A DNA stretch of 64,000 nt. Source: Candidatus Gottesmanbacteria bacterium. GTDB lineage: Bacteria > Patescibacteriota > Microgenomatia > UBA10105. Position 1 is the stretch's first letter; the number at the start of each line of letters is the position of its first letter. The notes under the pieces were generated by a model. It saw only the letters and a program-made list of their open reading frames with translations. It did no database searches and was not told the origin of the DNA. The stretch spans positions 32,902-96,901 of the forward strand of contig JAHFKJ010000001.1 in the NCBI GenBank assembly GCA_023245415.1, read 5' to 3'. Position numbers and translations under genes: made by a program. Below are positions 1-10,395 of the stretch, piece by piece.

Positions 1-672
1 CGGAGAAATAAATGGTTACTAGCAGGGATTTTGGGAATGCTTGCAAGCGCAACGAAAATAACCGGTATTTTACTATTACCTTCTTTAATTTGGGAATGGA
101 TAATAGCTAATAAATTACTGACTAGGCCGTTATTCAAAAATTACAAAATAAATTTTATTTTTAATATTTGTAAATCTCCGTTCTTATACTTGGTGCCACT
201 TGGACTATTGTTATATATGACTTACTTGTATATACAATTTAAAGATCCTTTATTATTTTGGCATGTTCAATCCGCTTTTGGTGCGTCAAGAAGTTCGAAT
301 TCTTTAATTTTTATACCACAGGTTATATGGAGGTATTTGAAAATTTTATCCCAGAATTCCTTCTATCACTATGATTATTGGGTAGCCTTAGTTGAATTCT
401 GCTCATTCATATTTGCTTTTCTAATACTTGTAGCTGGAATGAAATATAATATTAGAAAATCATACTTATTGTATAGCTGGTTACTTTTTTTAACACCTAT
501 TTTTACTGGAACATTCTCATCGCTTCCCAGATATATACTAATTATTTTTCCTATTTATATGATACTTGCAAAGATAAAAAATATATATATATGTAATTTT
601 ACCAAATTTATTTTTTTGGTACTTCTTATAATCTTAACTTCAAATTTCATCAGAGGGCTTTGGGTTGCATAA
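1..672 (+). CDS. GT-C mannosyltransferase-like membrane protein (PIG-V/GT76-like), 5'-partial
   Basis: Frame 1 is open from base 1. Polytopic protein with LASATKITGILL, FWHVQSAFG and TFSSLPRY motifs typical of PIG-V-like proteins. Confidence 0.7.
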   Translation, partial: RRNKWLLAGILGMLASATKITGILLLPSLIWEWIIANKLLTRPLFKNYKINFIFNICKSPFLYLVPLGLLLYMTYLYIQFKDPLLFWHVQSAFGASRSSNSLIFIPQVIWRYLKILSQNSFYHYDYWVALVEFCSFIFAFLILVAGMKYNIRKSYLLYSWLLFLTPIFTGTFSSLPRYILIIFPIYMILAKIKNIYICNFTKFIFLVLLIILTSNFIRGLWVA

Positions 673-692
673 TTATTGTTCATAGAAAGCGA

Positions 693-701
693 TGTTATAA
701 T
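693..701 (+). promoter_or_regulatory. extended -10 promoter element (TGtTATAAT)
   Basis: Perfect TGnTATAAT ending 7 nt before the GTG start at 709; no SD site. Confidence 0.6.
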
Positions 702-708
702 ATGAGAC

Positions 709-1392
709 GTGATAAAACTTTTAATTATATTACCTGCCTACAACGAAGAAAAAGTGATTGGGAAAGTACTTAAATCTTTGCCTAGAAAAATCAATCAAAT
801 CATTAAGGTTGATTTGCTTGTAGTTGACGATGGGTCTACAGATGACACACAAGAAATTTGTAGAAGCTGCAATGTGTTGGTAATTCATCATCTAATTAAT
901 AGAGGTTTGGGAGCCGCATTATGCACCGGGTTTACATATGCTGTCAATCATCATTATAATTATGTTGTAACTTTTGATGCCGATGGTCAACATAGTCCAT
1001 CAGATATTGGTCGATTGCTAAAACCTCTGCTTAGTAAAACTGCTGATGTTGTAATTGGTAGTAGAATGTTAAATCTTCAGTCAATGCCTCTGACTCGCAG
1101 ATTTGTGAATTTCTTCTCAAATTTAATTACCCTGCTTTTTTACAAGATCTGGACGACTGACTCTCAGTCAGGGTTGCGTGGATTTACTCTGTCAGCTTTA
1201 CAAAAAATTCGCGTTAGAACCCAACGTATGGAGGTTTCTTCTGAAATTTTTAAGGAAATATCCCGACACCATCTGATTTTTGCAGAAGTTCCAATTTCGT
1301 CATTATATACTAACTATTCATTGCAAAAAGGTCAAAGAATTACAAATGCACCGAATGTATTTTATAAGTTATTATTAAACAATTTTCGTTGA
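709..1392 (+). CDS. GT2 polyprenol-phosphate glycosyltransferase (DPM/DPG-synthase-like, GacI-like)
   Basis: PAYNEE, VDDGSTD, NRGLGAA, FDADGQH, IGSR and DSQSGLRG motifs; GTG start. Confidence 0.9.
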   Translation: MIKLLIILPAYNEEKVIGKVLKSLPRKINQIIKVDLLVVDDGSTDDTQEICRSCNVLVIHHLINRGLGAALCTGFTYAVNHHYNYVVTFDADGQHSPSDIGRLLKPLLSKTADVVIGSRMLNLQSMPLTRRFVNFFSNLITLLFYKIWTTDSQSGLRGFTLSALQKIRVRTQRMEVSSEIFKEISRHHLIFAEVPISSLYTNYSLQKGQRITNAPNVFYKLLLNNFR

Positions 1393-1398
1393 ATTAGA

Positions 1399-1761
1399 AT
1401 GATTATACAATTTGTATTGAGCTTTTTTCTTTTATTTGCTTTAAGTCGTGTCGTTTTGCAGGTGCGTTCAGCAAAAATTTCAATTGGAGCATTTTTATTT
1501 TGGTCGTCATTGTTCGTATTTGCATTGGTTGGCGTAGTTGATCCTAACGTAACCTCTTATTTCGCTAACTTTTTAGGTATCGGTCGCGGTTCAGACGTTG
1601 TGTTTTATATTTCTATTGCCCTGCTTTATTATCTTATATTTCGCTTTTCTATAGCTCTTGAAGACACCCGACGGGAAATAACAGAAATAGTTCGCAGAAT
1701 TGCTTTAAAAGATGATTTAGTTAAGAAAACATCAAGAATCAGATCTCATCGGAGAAAATAG
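1399..1761 (+). CDS. DUF2304-family small membrane protein (GacJ-like GT2 partner)
   Basis: 120 aa with 3 TM segments, LGIGRGSDVVFY and C-terminal EITEIVRRIAL; directly follows a DPM-like GT2. Confidence 0.85.
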   Translation: MIIQFVLSFFLLFALSRVVLQVRSAKISIGAFLFWSSLFVFALVGVVDPNVTSYFANFLGIGRGSDVVFYISIALLYYLIFRFSIALEDTRREITEIVRRIALKDDLVKKTSRIRSHRRK

Positions 1762-2909
1762 TGAAACTTCTTCTAATTACCGATTATTTTCCTTCATTAA
1801 CCTCTGTGGATATTCATGGAGGTGTCGAGAAAAGATCATATGAAATTGCCCGATATATTTCCAGAAATCACAACGTTACTGTAATTGCCTCTGGTGAGAA
1901 AGGTAAACCTAGATTTCAAAATTTGAGTGGTATTATTGTGAAAAGAGTAGGTTTATTAAGAGATTATACGCCTTTTGGCAGATATGTCGATTTGTTTAGC
2001 CGTACGGTTTTTCTAATCTTTGCTATATGTTCTGCATTATTTGAAGATTTTGATGTGGTTGAAGGAACAGGACATGTTGGTTGGTTTCCCGCATGGGTAT
2101 GTGCGAAAATTAAATCTAAAAAATCTGTTGCTTTTGTGGCTGATATAGCAGATAAATCTCTCGCTCCCTATATACACCCATTTTCACTTATATGTTTAGA
2201 GGTAGCTCAAAAGTTTATTCTCTCCAGAAGGTGGGATGTAATTATATGTATTAGTTACGCAGTCGCTCGAAAAGTTGATCCCTTAGTTTCTCCGAATGTG
2301 ATAATAAAAGTAATCTATTGTGGTACAAATTTGCATAAACTTCTCAAGCTTTCTGTAGTGAAAAAACGATTACACATCGTATGTGTAGCTAGATTGGTAA
2401 AATACAAAAGAGTTGATGTATTAATCAAAGCTGTCAAAAAAGTAAAAAAGATTTATAAAGGAATTTACCTTTCAATAATCGGCGTAGGCGAGGAACTTCC
2501 GTATCTAAAAAAACTCGCTGCACATCTTGATCTTAATAATAATATAAGTTTTAAGGGATTTGTTCCTGAACAAGTCGACGTGTGGAAAACTATAAAAAAA
2601 GCACAAATTTTCTGTTCACCGTCTGAAGTAGAAGGATTTGGAATTGTTACGGTTGAAGCTTTAGCATCAGGTGTGCCAGTTGTAATTGTAGATTTACCTA
2701 TAAATCATGAAATTACCCAAGAAAAAGGCGCGCTATTTTTTAAAGCCAGAAATGTGGATAGTTTGGCCATTCAGTTAACTCGTCTATTAAACAACAAACA
2801 ATTGTATAGGAAATTATCAAATCAGGCAAAAGCTATTGGCCAGAAATATAGCTGGGTAAATACAAATGTTCAGACGGAGAGATTATATGAAAATATGTAT
2901 GCTAATTGA
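1761..2909 (+). CDS. GT4 glycosyltransferase
   Basis: HGGVE, VARLVKYKR and SEVEGFGIVTVEALASGVPV (EX7E). Confidence 0.9.
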   Translation: MKLLLITDYFPSLTSVDIHGGVEKRSYEIARYISRNHNVTVIASGEKGKPRFQNLSGIIVKRVGLLRDYTPFGRYVDLFSRTVFLIFAICSALFEDFDVVEGTGHVGWFPAWVCAKIKSKKSVAFVADIADKSLAPYIHPFSLICLEVAQKFILSRRWDVIICISYAVARKVDPLVSPNVIIKVIYCGTNLHKLLKLSVVKKRLHIVCVARLVKYKRVDVLIKAVKKVKKIYKGIYLSIIGVGEELPYLKKLAAHLDLNNNISFKGFVPEQVDVWKTIKKAQIFCSPSEVEGFGIVTVEALASGVPVVIVDLPINHEITQEKGALFFKARNVDSLAIQLTRLLNNKQLYRKLSNQAKAIGQKYSWVNTNVQTERLYENMYAN

Positions 2910-4029
2910 CGTATGGAGGCCAATTTGGGGAGGGGGACAAACTCACGTTTGGGAATTGTCTAAAGAACTTATAAAGAATTATTCATGTGAGATCGATATA
3001 TTTACACGTGCATTAGTTGATAAGGACGGGAAGGTGTTTAATAAAACAGAATCTTACTTTAATAAGAAACTGACCATTTATCGTCTAAGTCCCGCCTCTG
3101 ATTTTTTTAATATTTCAATTCGGTTTTATTGGTTGATCGCAGTCGTTATTAAAGTTTTATCTGTATATCCAAATAAGAAATATAATTTACTTCATGCACA
3201 TGCATTTAGTGCGGGTATACCTGGGAAAATCCTAAGTTTCATACTAAAAATTCCACTAGTATTCACAGTTCATGGTAGCCATAATTTAGATCTTAATAAC
3301 AAAAATATTGTTTATTTTATTGAAAATTTTCTTCTAACGAAAATTCCTTACAGTCAGGAAATTACTGTAAGTTCAAAATTCTTAAAATATAAAAATGTAA
3401 ATAAAAACGTAAAAGTAATTCCAAACGGAGTCAATATATTGGATTTTAATAATTCGAAATCTCCTACTCTAAAGACAAATGGAAAACGTTTTTTTAAATT
3501 ATTATGGGTAGGCAGGTTTGACAAATTTAAGGGCTTAGAAATATTAACCCATGCATTTTATTTGGCACTACTTAACAAGTCGCAGATGGTTCTAACTTTA
3601 GTTGGAGATGGTCCTACTAAATCCAATATTAGGCATCTAGTGTCATGGTTAGGAATAAGATTAAGCGTCAAATTCATAAAAAAGCAACAGTTTAAAAAAC
3701 TCAGGAGTTATTATAATCAAACTGATATTTTTGTACTCCCCTCACTTGCTGAAGGCCAATCAATATCGTTATTAGAAGCTCTAGCTGCGGAAAAACCGGC
3801 CGTCGCGACAAATGTAGGAGAAAATTATCGCAGTGTAATAAATGGGTATAACGGGTATTTGATTAAGCCAAACGATGTCAATGAATTATGTACGGCTATA
3901 CAACAGGCAAATATGAATTCAAATTTAACAGCTTGGGGAAAAAGAAGTCAGAAAATCGTAGAAATAGATAATTCCTGGAAAGCAGTCTCATCAAAGACTT
4001 ATAAAACATATGAAAAACTAATTTTGTGA
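2887..4029 (+). CDS. GT4 glycosyltransferase
   Basis: GGGQTH, VGRFDKFKG and SLAEGQSISLLEA; start moved from 2866 to ATG 2887 (MKICML). Confidence 0.9.
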   Translation: MKICMLIDVWRPIWGGGQTHVWELSKELIKNYSCEIDIFTRALVDKDGKVFNKTESYFNKKLTIYRLSPASDFFNISIRFYWLIAVVIKVLSVYPNKKYNLLHAHAFSAGIPGKILSFILKIPLVFTVHGSHNLDLNNKNIVYFIENFLLTKIPYSQEITVSSKFLKYKNVNKNVKVIPNGVNILDFNNSKSPTLKTNGKRFFKLLWVGRFDKFKGLEILTHAFYLALLNKSQMVLTLVGDGPTKSNIRHLVSWLGIRLSVKFIKKQQFKKLRSYYNQTDIFVLPSLAEGQSISLLEALAAEKPAVATNVGENYRSVINGYNGYLIKPNDVNELCTAIQQANMNSNLTAWGKRSQKIVEIDNSWKAVSSKTYKTYEKLIL

Positions 4030-4829
4030 ATAAAACACCTGTGGTTAGTATTATTATGCCGGTATACAATGGAGGCTTTCACTTATTGGAAGCTATAAAT
4101 AGCATATTAAATCAAAGCTACTCAAATTTTGAGTTTATTATAATAAATGACGCGTCTACTGATGATTCGGGAAAGATTCTAAAAAAAATTGCCGACAATC
4201 GTGTAAAACTTTATAGTTTCACTAAACATCTTGGTGTGGCTAAATCATTAAATAAAGCTATATCCTTGGCTAAAGGAAAATTTATAGCCCGAATGGATGC
4301 GGATGACGTTGCCTACCCAGATCGTTTAATGTATCAACTAAACTTTATGAAAGTACACCCTAGAACTGTATTAGTGGGTAGTTGGGTAGAACTTATAAGT
4401 GACCAGGGTGTTTTTATAAGAAACAAATCCTATCCAATACTTTATGAACAGATTAAACGAATTATAATTAGTTACAATCCTTTTGTGCATCCGACTCTGT
4501 TAATGAAAAGTGACATATTTCAGACACTCGGTGGGTATGATGAAACCTTAAATGGTGCAGAGGATTATGATCTAGTATTAAGAATCTCTAAAAAATTCGA
4601 AGTACAAAATATCCCAAAAGTGCTGCTCAAATTTAGATTTAATATTAGTTCTGTTACATACAAAAATATTAAGCAGATTGAACTCCAATCATTTAAAGCC
4701 CGTCTTAAAGCTCTCAGTTTATATAAGTATTCCTTACTTCAAGGATTATTGTTGTTAAAGCCATTTATTTCGTTATGCGTGCCTGAGTTTATTAAGAAAA
4801 CTATTCTGCAAAAAAATAACTTTAAATGA
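4026..4829 (+). CDS. GT2 glycosyltransferase
   Basis: VSIIMPVYN, INDASTD, RMDADD, HPT and AEDYDL motifs. Confidence 0.9.
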   Translation: MNKTPVVSIIMPVYNGGFHLLEAINSILNQSYSNFEFIIINDASTDDSGKILKKIADNRVKLYSFTKHLGVAKSLNKAISLAKGKFIARMDADDVAYPDRLMYQLNFMKVHPRTVLVGSWVELISDQGVFIRNKSYPILYEQIKRIIISYNPFVHPTLLMKSDIFQTLGGYDETLNGAEDYDLVLRISKKFEVQNIPKVLLKFRFNISSVTYKNIKQIELQSFKARLKALSLYKYSLLQGLLLLKPFISLCVPEFIKKTILQKNNFK

Positions 4830-6058
4830 TCGTATTAATGTTGTGTGAATTCTTCTATCCCTTTGATAGGGGAGGAAGTGAGTGGAGTGTATTTTATTTA
4901 GCGAAAGGTTTAATCAATACAGGCCATAAAGTAACAATATGCACTCCAAATTACGGTTCAAAAAAAAACGACCTGTATAATTTAATTAGAATTTATCGTT
5001 TCCCGTTTTACATAAAATTAAAAAAAGTTTACTCTACTGTTACACCGCTTGTGTTTTCTACGCCAATTTGGTGGATATACTCCGGATTTTTTACAGTAAA
5101 AGCCATTTTAAAAATAAAACCGAATGTTATACATGTGCAAGGAAAATATTTTTTAGTCGCCGCGATTATTGCTAAACTTATATTCAAAGTGCCGATTGTA
5201 GTAACACTACGAGATTATATTCCATTGTGCCCCATAGGTTTCTGTTTAAGTAAATATCCTTACAAAAGCTGCAACTTAGGACATTTCATTTTTAATGAAA
5301 TACCAGATTATTTAAGAACCTACTCAAGTTCTGCAAATCCTATTTTCCTATCGGTGTTAATAGTGACTAACATATATGCAAAAATCTATTCGATGTTTTT
5401 AGTATTTCTATTGAAGAGGGTCAATAAAATTGTGGGTATAAGTTTTGCGCTGTCGTCAATATATCGAAAAAATTCAATAGATATCGATAACGTCATATAT
5501 AACTCGACAGATTTTTTCACTCCGGCTAAATCGATTCCTAAAAAATACTTGCTCTATCTGGGAAGATTAACGCCAGGAAAAGGAGTCGATTTGCTTATAA
5601 GATCATATCAGCTTGCATCTGATAGATATACGATACCAAAATTACTGATAGTTGGTGACGGTATTTTGAGAACAGAAATTAAGAAACAAAAAAACGTTAG
5701 TCTTCTCGGGCATGTTAAACATTCTTCGATTCGTAGTCTATTTAGGAAAGCATATTTAACAATAGTGCCTTCTGTTTGGCAAGAACCATTCGGTAGAGTT
5801 GCTTTGGAGTCTATAGCTCATAGAGTTCCTGTAGCGGGTACGCTAAGAGGAGGATTACCCGAAATTATAAATAATAATAAAACTGGAATACTGGTAAAGC
5901 CAGAAATATCCCAACTATCAAATGCAATTATTCAACTCTATATTCAAAGGAAGCGATTTTATTTTAATATTAAGCAGGACTACAAGAATTTAAGAAATAA
6001 GTTCGAAAAAAAACCGATTATGGAATATTCAAATATATATGAACATTTAGGTAATTAA
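4826..6058 (+). CDS. GT4 glycosyltransferase
   Basis: GGSE, TLRDYIPLCP, LGRLTPGKG and SVWQEPFGRVALE. Confidence 0.9.
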   Translation: MIVLMLCEFFYPFDRGGSEWSVFYLAKGLINTGHKVTICTPNYGSKKNDLYNLIRIYRFPFYIKLKKVYSTVTPLVFSTPIWWIYSGFFTVKAILKIKPNVIHVQGKYFLVAAIIAKLIFKVPIVVTLRDYIPLCPIGFCLSKYPYKSCNLGHFIFNEIPDYLRTYSSSANPIFLSVLIVTNIYAKIYSMFLVFLLKRVNKIVGISFALSSIYRKNSIDIDNVIYNSTDFFTPAKSIPKKYLLYLGRLTPGKGVDLLIRSYQLASDRYTIPKLLIVGDGILRTEIKKQKNVSLLGHVKHSSIRSLFRKAYLTIVPSVWQEPFGRVALESIAHRVPVAGTLRGGLPEIINNNKTGILVKPEISQLSNAIIQLYIQRKRFYFNIKQDYKNLRNKFEKKPIMEYSNIYEHLGN

Positions 6059-6061
6059 AAT

Positions 6062-7150
6062 ATGAATTTAGGCGTATTTCTAGCGATTGGAGAAAGTTGG
6101 GAAGATTTTAGATTTAAGGGGCAAGATAGATTATTGATTAATAACAATTATACTTACTATTCAAAATATTTTAATAAAGTGTTCGTTTTTTCATATGGAC
6201 AAAATAATTTAAATTTGCTCAAAAATGTTGATTTACTCGCGAATCCTTTAAGACTACATCGTTATTTATTCACATTTTTCATACCTTTACTTTATTCTTC
6301 CCAAATTAAGCAGTGTTCAGTATTACGCGGAATGCAGTTAACGAGTGCCTTGCCAGGACTTATCGCAAAATTTTTATATAAAAAGAAATTTGTCGTAAAT
6401 TACGGATATGACTATGTTAAAACTGCGTATATCGAGAGTAAGCCAATCCAGGCTGTTTGTTATAAAATAATCGAAAGGTTCTTATTGCGTTTTGTCGATA
6501 TTGTTATTGTAACAACCGAAAAATTAAATCATAAAGTTAAAACTTTAACCAAAAAACCCGTTGAGATTATTCCAAACAGCGTTAACACTCAATTATTCAA
6601 ACCCTTAGTACATCAAAAGAAAGATATAGATCTACTCTTTGTTGGTAGATTAGAGAAACAAAAAAACTTAGAATTCCTTTTAAAAACCATCAGTAAACTC
6701 AAGAATAAAGCTTCTTCAATTGTATTTGTGGGTGATGGAAGTTTAAAGCCGAAACTGTTGGAAATGGCTAAAAAATTGAAAATTAATCTAAGAATTACTG
6801 GTTTTGTGCCACATAATATTACAATTAATTATTATCAACGATCAAAAATTTTTGTATTACCTTCTTTAATTGAGGGTCATCCTAAGGTATTGTTAGAAGC
6901 GATGAGTTGCAGCTTAGCAGTTGTAGGGTCTGCACGAGAAGGGATTAAAGAGTTGATCACACATAATCATGACGGAATATTAGTCGATAACAACACAAGA
7001 GAGTATGTGAAAGTTATGAATAATCTAATAGAAAACGCAATTTTAAGAAATAAAATAGGAAAAATTGCGCGACAAACGATTTTACGTAAATTCGATCAAA
7101 AAAGACTATTTCTGCGGGAAATACAGTTATTAAAAAACTTAAATAAGTAA
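6062..7150 (+). CDS. GT4 glycosyltransferase
   Basis: VGRLEKQKN and SLIEGHPKVLLEAMS. Confidence 0.9.
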   Translation: MNLGVFLAIGESWEDFRFKGQDRLLINNNYTYYSKYFNKVFVFSYGQNNLNLLKNVDLLANPLRLHRYLFTFFIPLLYSSQIKQCSVLRGMQLTSALPGLIAKFLYKKKFVVNYGYDYVKTAYIESKPIQAVCYKIIERFLLRFVDIVIVTTEKLNHKVKTLTKKPVEIIPNSVNTQLFKPLVHQKKDIDLLFVGRLEKQKNLEFLLKTISKLKNKASSIVFVGDGSLKPKLLEMAKKLKINLRITGFVPHNITINYYQRSKIFVLPSLIEGHPKVLLEAMSCSLAVVGSAREGIKELITHNHDGILVDNNTREYVKVMNNLIENAILRNKIGKIARQTILRKFDQKRLFLREIQLLKNLNK

Positions 7151-7152
7151 TT

Positions 7153-8370
7153 ATGAATATTGTTTTTGTATGTTCTGAATATCCTATAGCTGGTAGACCA
7201 ACTGGGGGATTTGGTTCTTATGTTAACAATATTACAAATATAATAATTAAAGATAATAATCGAGTTACTGTTTTATGTAGAGGTCAAAGATCACAATCGT
7301 TTTTATCTCATGGGAAAAAAGTTATCGTTATAGATTCGAAATTGAATTTAATACGAAGTATGAGTGCATTTCTTCTGAAAGTTAACTTTTTGAATAAAAT
7401 ATTAAGTTTTGTTGAGTACCCACTCTATTATAGTTTCTTGGTATACAAAAAGATACGCATCATGCAACAATTCGAACAAATTGATTTAATTGAAGGCGGT
7501 GATTTTGGTGGTGAATTATTCTTTCATTTACTTTTGAAAAGTAGATCTACTGTTCGAAATATAATTAAACTTCATACTCCAAGCTATCTGATCCGACAGT
7601 TCAATGATGAACCAAATAACGTATTTTATAAAGTTATGAATTTTATTGAGAGTTATTGTTTGATTCACGTAGATTATCTTTATTCACCTTCAAAAGCTTT
7701 GGCGAAGCTGGTAAGTATCAAAAAAAAAGTTAAAACTGCAGCAATTATTCCTTATCCATTTGAAAAGGGGCTTAGTAATGTAAGCATAAAAAAAGTTAAA
7801 AAAAACAATAACCTTATTCTCTATGTCGGTAAAATTCAGAAAAAAAAGGGCGTATATGATATTATCGACGCTTTCTCTTTAGCTGTCGAATCTAATCCTT
7901 TAATTGAACTTATTTTAGTAGGACCCGACACGAAGATTAATGGTTTGTCTTCGCGTATGGAGTTGGAAGAGTGTATAACTAAGAAGGGTATAAAGAACCA
8001 TGTAAGTTTTATAGGAGAAGTTAATCAGATGATTTTATCAAGATACTATAGAAAAGCAATTGCAGTGCTAGTTCCATCGCACTGGGAGAATTTTCCGAAT
8101 GTAATACTGGAAGCTGTCAAGTATCATTGTTTAGTGATAGCTACAAAGGTAGGAGGAATTTCAGAAATGATTGAAGATGGTCAAAGTGGGTTACTGGTTG
8201 ATGTAGGTAACGTAAAGCAACTTGCCATGTCAGTTTTAAAGGCTGTTTCAAACAAAGAACTAAGAATAAATCTTACTAAGAACGCAAAGTCGATGTTTAT
8301 GAAAAGATATAGTCCTATTAATATAGGAAAACTGACTACTGATTTTTACGATAAATGTTTAGCAAACTGA
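7153..8370 (+). CDS. GT4 glycosyltransferase
   Basis: SEYP...GGFGSY, VGKIQKKKG and SHWENFPNVILEA. Confidence 0.9.
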   Translation: MNIVFVCSEYPIAGRPTGGFGSYVNNITNIIIKDNNRVTVLCRGQRSQSFLSHGKKVIVIDSKLNLIRSMSAFLLKVNFLNKILSFVEYPLYYSFLVYKKIRIMQQFEQIDLIEGGDFGGELFFHLLLKSRSTVRNIIKLHTPSYLIRQFNDEPNNVFYKVMNFIESYCLIHVDYLYSPSKALAKLVSIKKKVKTAAIIPYPFEKGLSNVSIKKVKKNNNLILYVGKIQKKKGVYDIIDAFSLAVESNPLIELILVGPDTKINGLSSRMELEECITKKGIKNHVSFIGEVNQMILSRYYRKAIAVLVPSHWENFPNVILEAVKYHCLVIATKVGGISEMIEDGQSGLLVDVGNVKQLAMSVLKAVSNKELRINLTKNAKSMFMKRYSPINIGKLTTDFYDKCLAN

Positions 8371-9592
8371 CTAGAGGTATTACTGGTTCAACAAACCGTT
8401 CAAGAAGTATAATAAAAATTAATCCTATAATTCCAAATCGCGGTATAACGAAAATAAAAAGAATTAATTTTCCAATATTAGGAACAAAGGACATGATTAA
8501 TTGTGGTTTTTTCAACTTTTGATAGATTACCATATCAGTATAGGCGAGCGTTAACGGAAAAGGAATAAGAGTTAAACTTAACCATTGCCCATAAATTATA
8601 GCTTGTGTATAGTTTTTATTAAAAAATGAATTTATTAAAAATGGTGTTGTAATCCATAGTGTTAAACAAAGCAGGCATCCGATAAGAAGCAGTTTTATAG
8701 AATGTTTGAATATAGTCTCCAAATGCTGAGTACTTGTTTGTTCTGCTAAACGTGCAGTAATTGGTTTGTAGAACACTCCAAAATTTTTTTGTACCGCAGT
8801 TAAAAATCTGCTCGCAACTGCCATAAGCGCAAGTTGTTCAACTCCAATCGCATTTCCGAGTAAAAAATTTCCTAAGTTTCCGCTAATCCAAGGAAGAATA
8901 CTTAAAAAGGTAATAAATTCGCCGTACTTCGGTAAATCGCGATCAATTCTACTTTTCTTATTTATATATCGCTTACTATAATTAAAACCAATTAGAGAAG
9001 GAATTATGAGGGCTAATAAATAGCCAACAGTTATGCCAACAGTATTAGATTGCCAGCGAAATGATGCCAATATTATTAGAAAATAAAAAATAGAAGAGAA
9101 ACCTGAAATTAATGCCAGGTCTAGAAATTTTTTTTTTGCAGTTAAAAAAGCTGGAAAATTGGAAAAAGCATTGAGAAAAGGAAAGAAACTGCTCGCAATT
9201 AATAAACTTAAAGCAATACTGTTTTGCCTGAAGGAAAAATAATAAAAAGAGAAACCTAATAAGATAGGTATACCTAAAAAAGAAAATTTAAATTTCTGAA
9301 TCATGCTTTGATTGAAAGATTTATCATAACCATGAGCTATTGATTGGATTAGAGCAAAATCTAGTCCGGGAAGACTCAAGAATGTAATCATGCCTAAAAT
9401 AGATAGAATCAAGTTATATTCGCCGAAGACTTTTTTCGTTACAAAGTGTCCAAAGAGGTAAGTTATCGAAAGGCCACAAGTAATTCCTACAATTTGTTGC
9501 AAAAAGGCAAAAATGCTACCTTTTAAGAAATACTTAATATCTAAATGCAAACGTTTAGTTAAACTGAAAATTATTTTTTTCGAGCGATTCAT
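8336..9592 (-). CDS. wzx: Wzx/MOP-superfamily oligosaccharide flippase
   Basis: 418 aa with about 12 TM segments; FGEYNLILSILG-x-LSLPG pattern and C-terminal IPRFGIIG typical of Polysacc_synt flippases. Confidence 0.8.
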   Translation of the reverse strand: MNRSKKIIFSLTKRLHLDIKYFLKGSIFAFLQQIVGITCGLSITYLFGHFVTKKVFGEYNLILSILGMITFLSLPGLDFALIQSIAHGYDKSFNQSMIQKFKFSFLGIPILLGFSFYYFSFRQNSIALSLLIASSFFPFLNAFSNFPAFLTAKKKFLDLALISGFSSIFYFLIILASFRWQSNTVGITVGYLLALIIPSLIGFNYSKRYINKKSRIDRDLPKYGEFITFLSILPWISGNLGNFLLGNAIGVEQLALMAVASRFLTAVQKNFGVFYKPITARLAEQTSTQHLETIFKHSIKLLLIGCLLCLTLWITTPFLINSFFNKNYTQAIIYGQWLSLTLIPFPLTLAYTDMVIYQKLKKPQLIMSFVPNIGKLILFIFVIPRFGIIGLIFIILLERFVEPVIPLVSLLNIYRKNQ

Positions 9593-10382
9593 ACTTTTTA
9601 GCGATTAATAAAATCGATGATCTCTTATCAATCGCACCAGTTTCTCTTATAAACATATTTAGAAGCGGTACAAATGGTTTAATTAATATTTTTCTAAAAT
9701 TGGGAAATAATACCATCGAATCAGTGTATTTTTTGACTATTTTAGACAATACAGCAAAGGGAAGAAATAAATCATGTATCAAAATAATTTGTGGTGAATT
9801 ATAAAAAACCACATTTTCTAAGGAAAAATGGTTTTTCTCCAACTTTTTCTTCCACTGTTTCGGAGATAAAAGATGGTAATGCAAAAAAAGGCGGTTAATA
9901 AGTGAGGCATATTTTTTGGCGAGTATTGTTAACCCAAAATAATTTAGCAGTCGATAATAGCCCAGCTGTTTTGAATAAACATCTGATGGTGAAGTTGTAA
10001 TTAATTTACCACGCGGTTTTAATATTCTATTTATTTCCCCTAAAGCTGTGGACAATTCCGGTATATGTTCTAACACTCCGTTGATGAACACAGTTTTAAA
10101 ACTACAATTTTTAAACGGAAGATTAGTAACACTGGTACAGATGAGTCTATTATACATATTTGATTTTTTAGCTCTTCGTATTTCATTTTCATCAGAGTCA
10201 ATCCCGACGTCTATTTTAATATTTTTTTTAAACAAAACTTGTGCAAACAAGCCATCGCCACATCCGATTTCTAGTATCGGATGAATAAATTCTTCTTTTT
10301 CTAAAACTTGACATTCCCGGGCTCTAATTATTGCCCAAGATAGTGGTGCTTTGATCCAAAGATCATTTAAATAGTTATTCAT
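9555..10382 (-). CDS. class I SAM-dependent methyltransferase
   Basis: ILEIGCGDG, LPF, VLEHI and RILKPRG. Confidence 0.9.
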   Translation of the reverse strand: MNNYLNDLWIKAPLSWAIIRARECQVLEKEEFIHPILEIGCGDGLFAQVLFKKNIKIDVGIDSDENEIRRAKKSNMYNRLICTSVTNLPFKNCSFKTVFINGVLEHIPELSTALGEINRILKPRGKLITTSPSDVYSKQLGYYRLLNYFGLTILAKKYASLINRLFLHYHLLSPKQWKKKLEKNHFSLENVVFYNSPQIILIHDLFLPFAVLSKIVKKYTDSMVLFPNFRKILIKPFVPLLNMFIRETGAIDKRSSILLIAKKYESLEKNNFQFN

Positions 10383-10395
10383 AATTAGACAAAAA

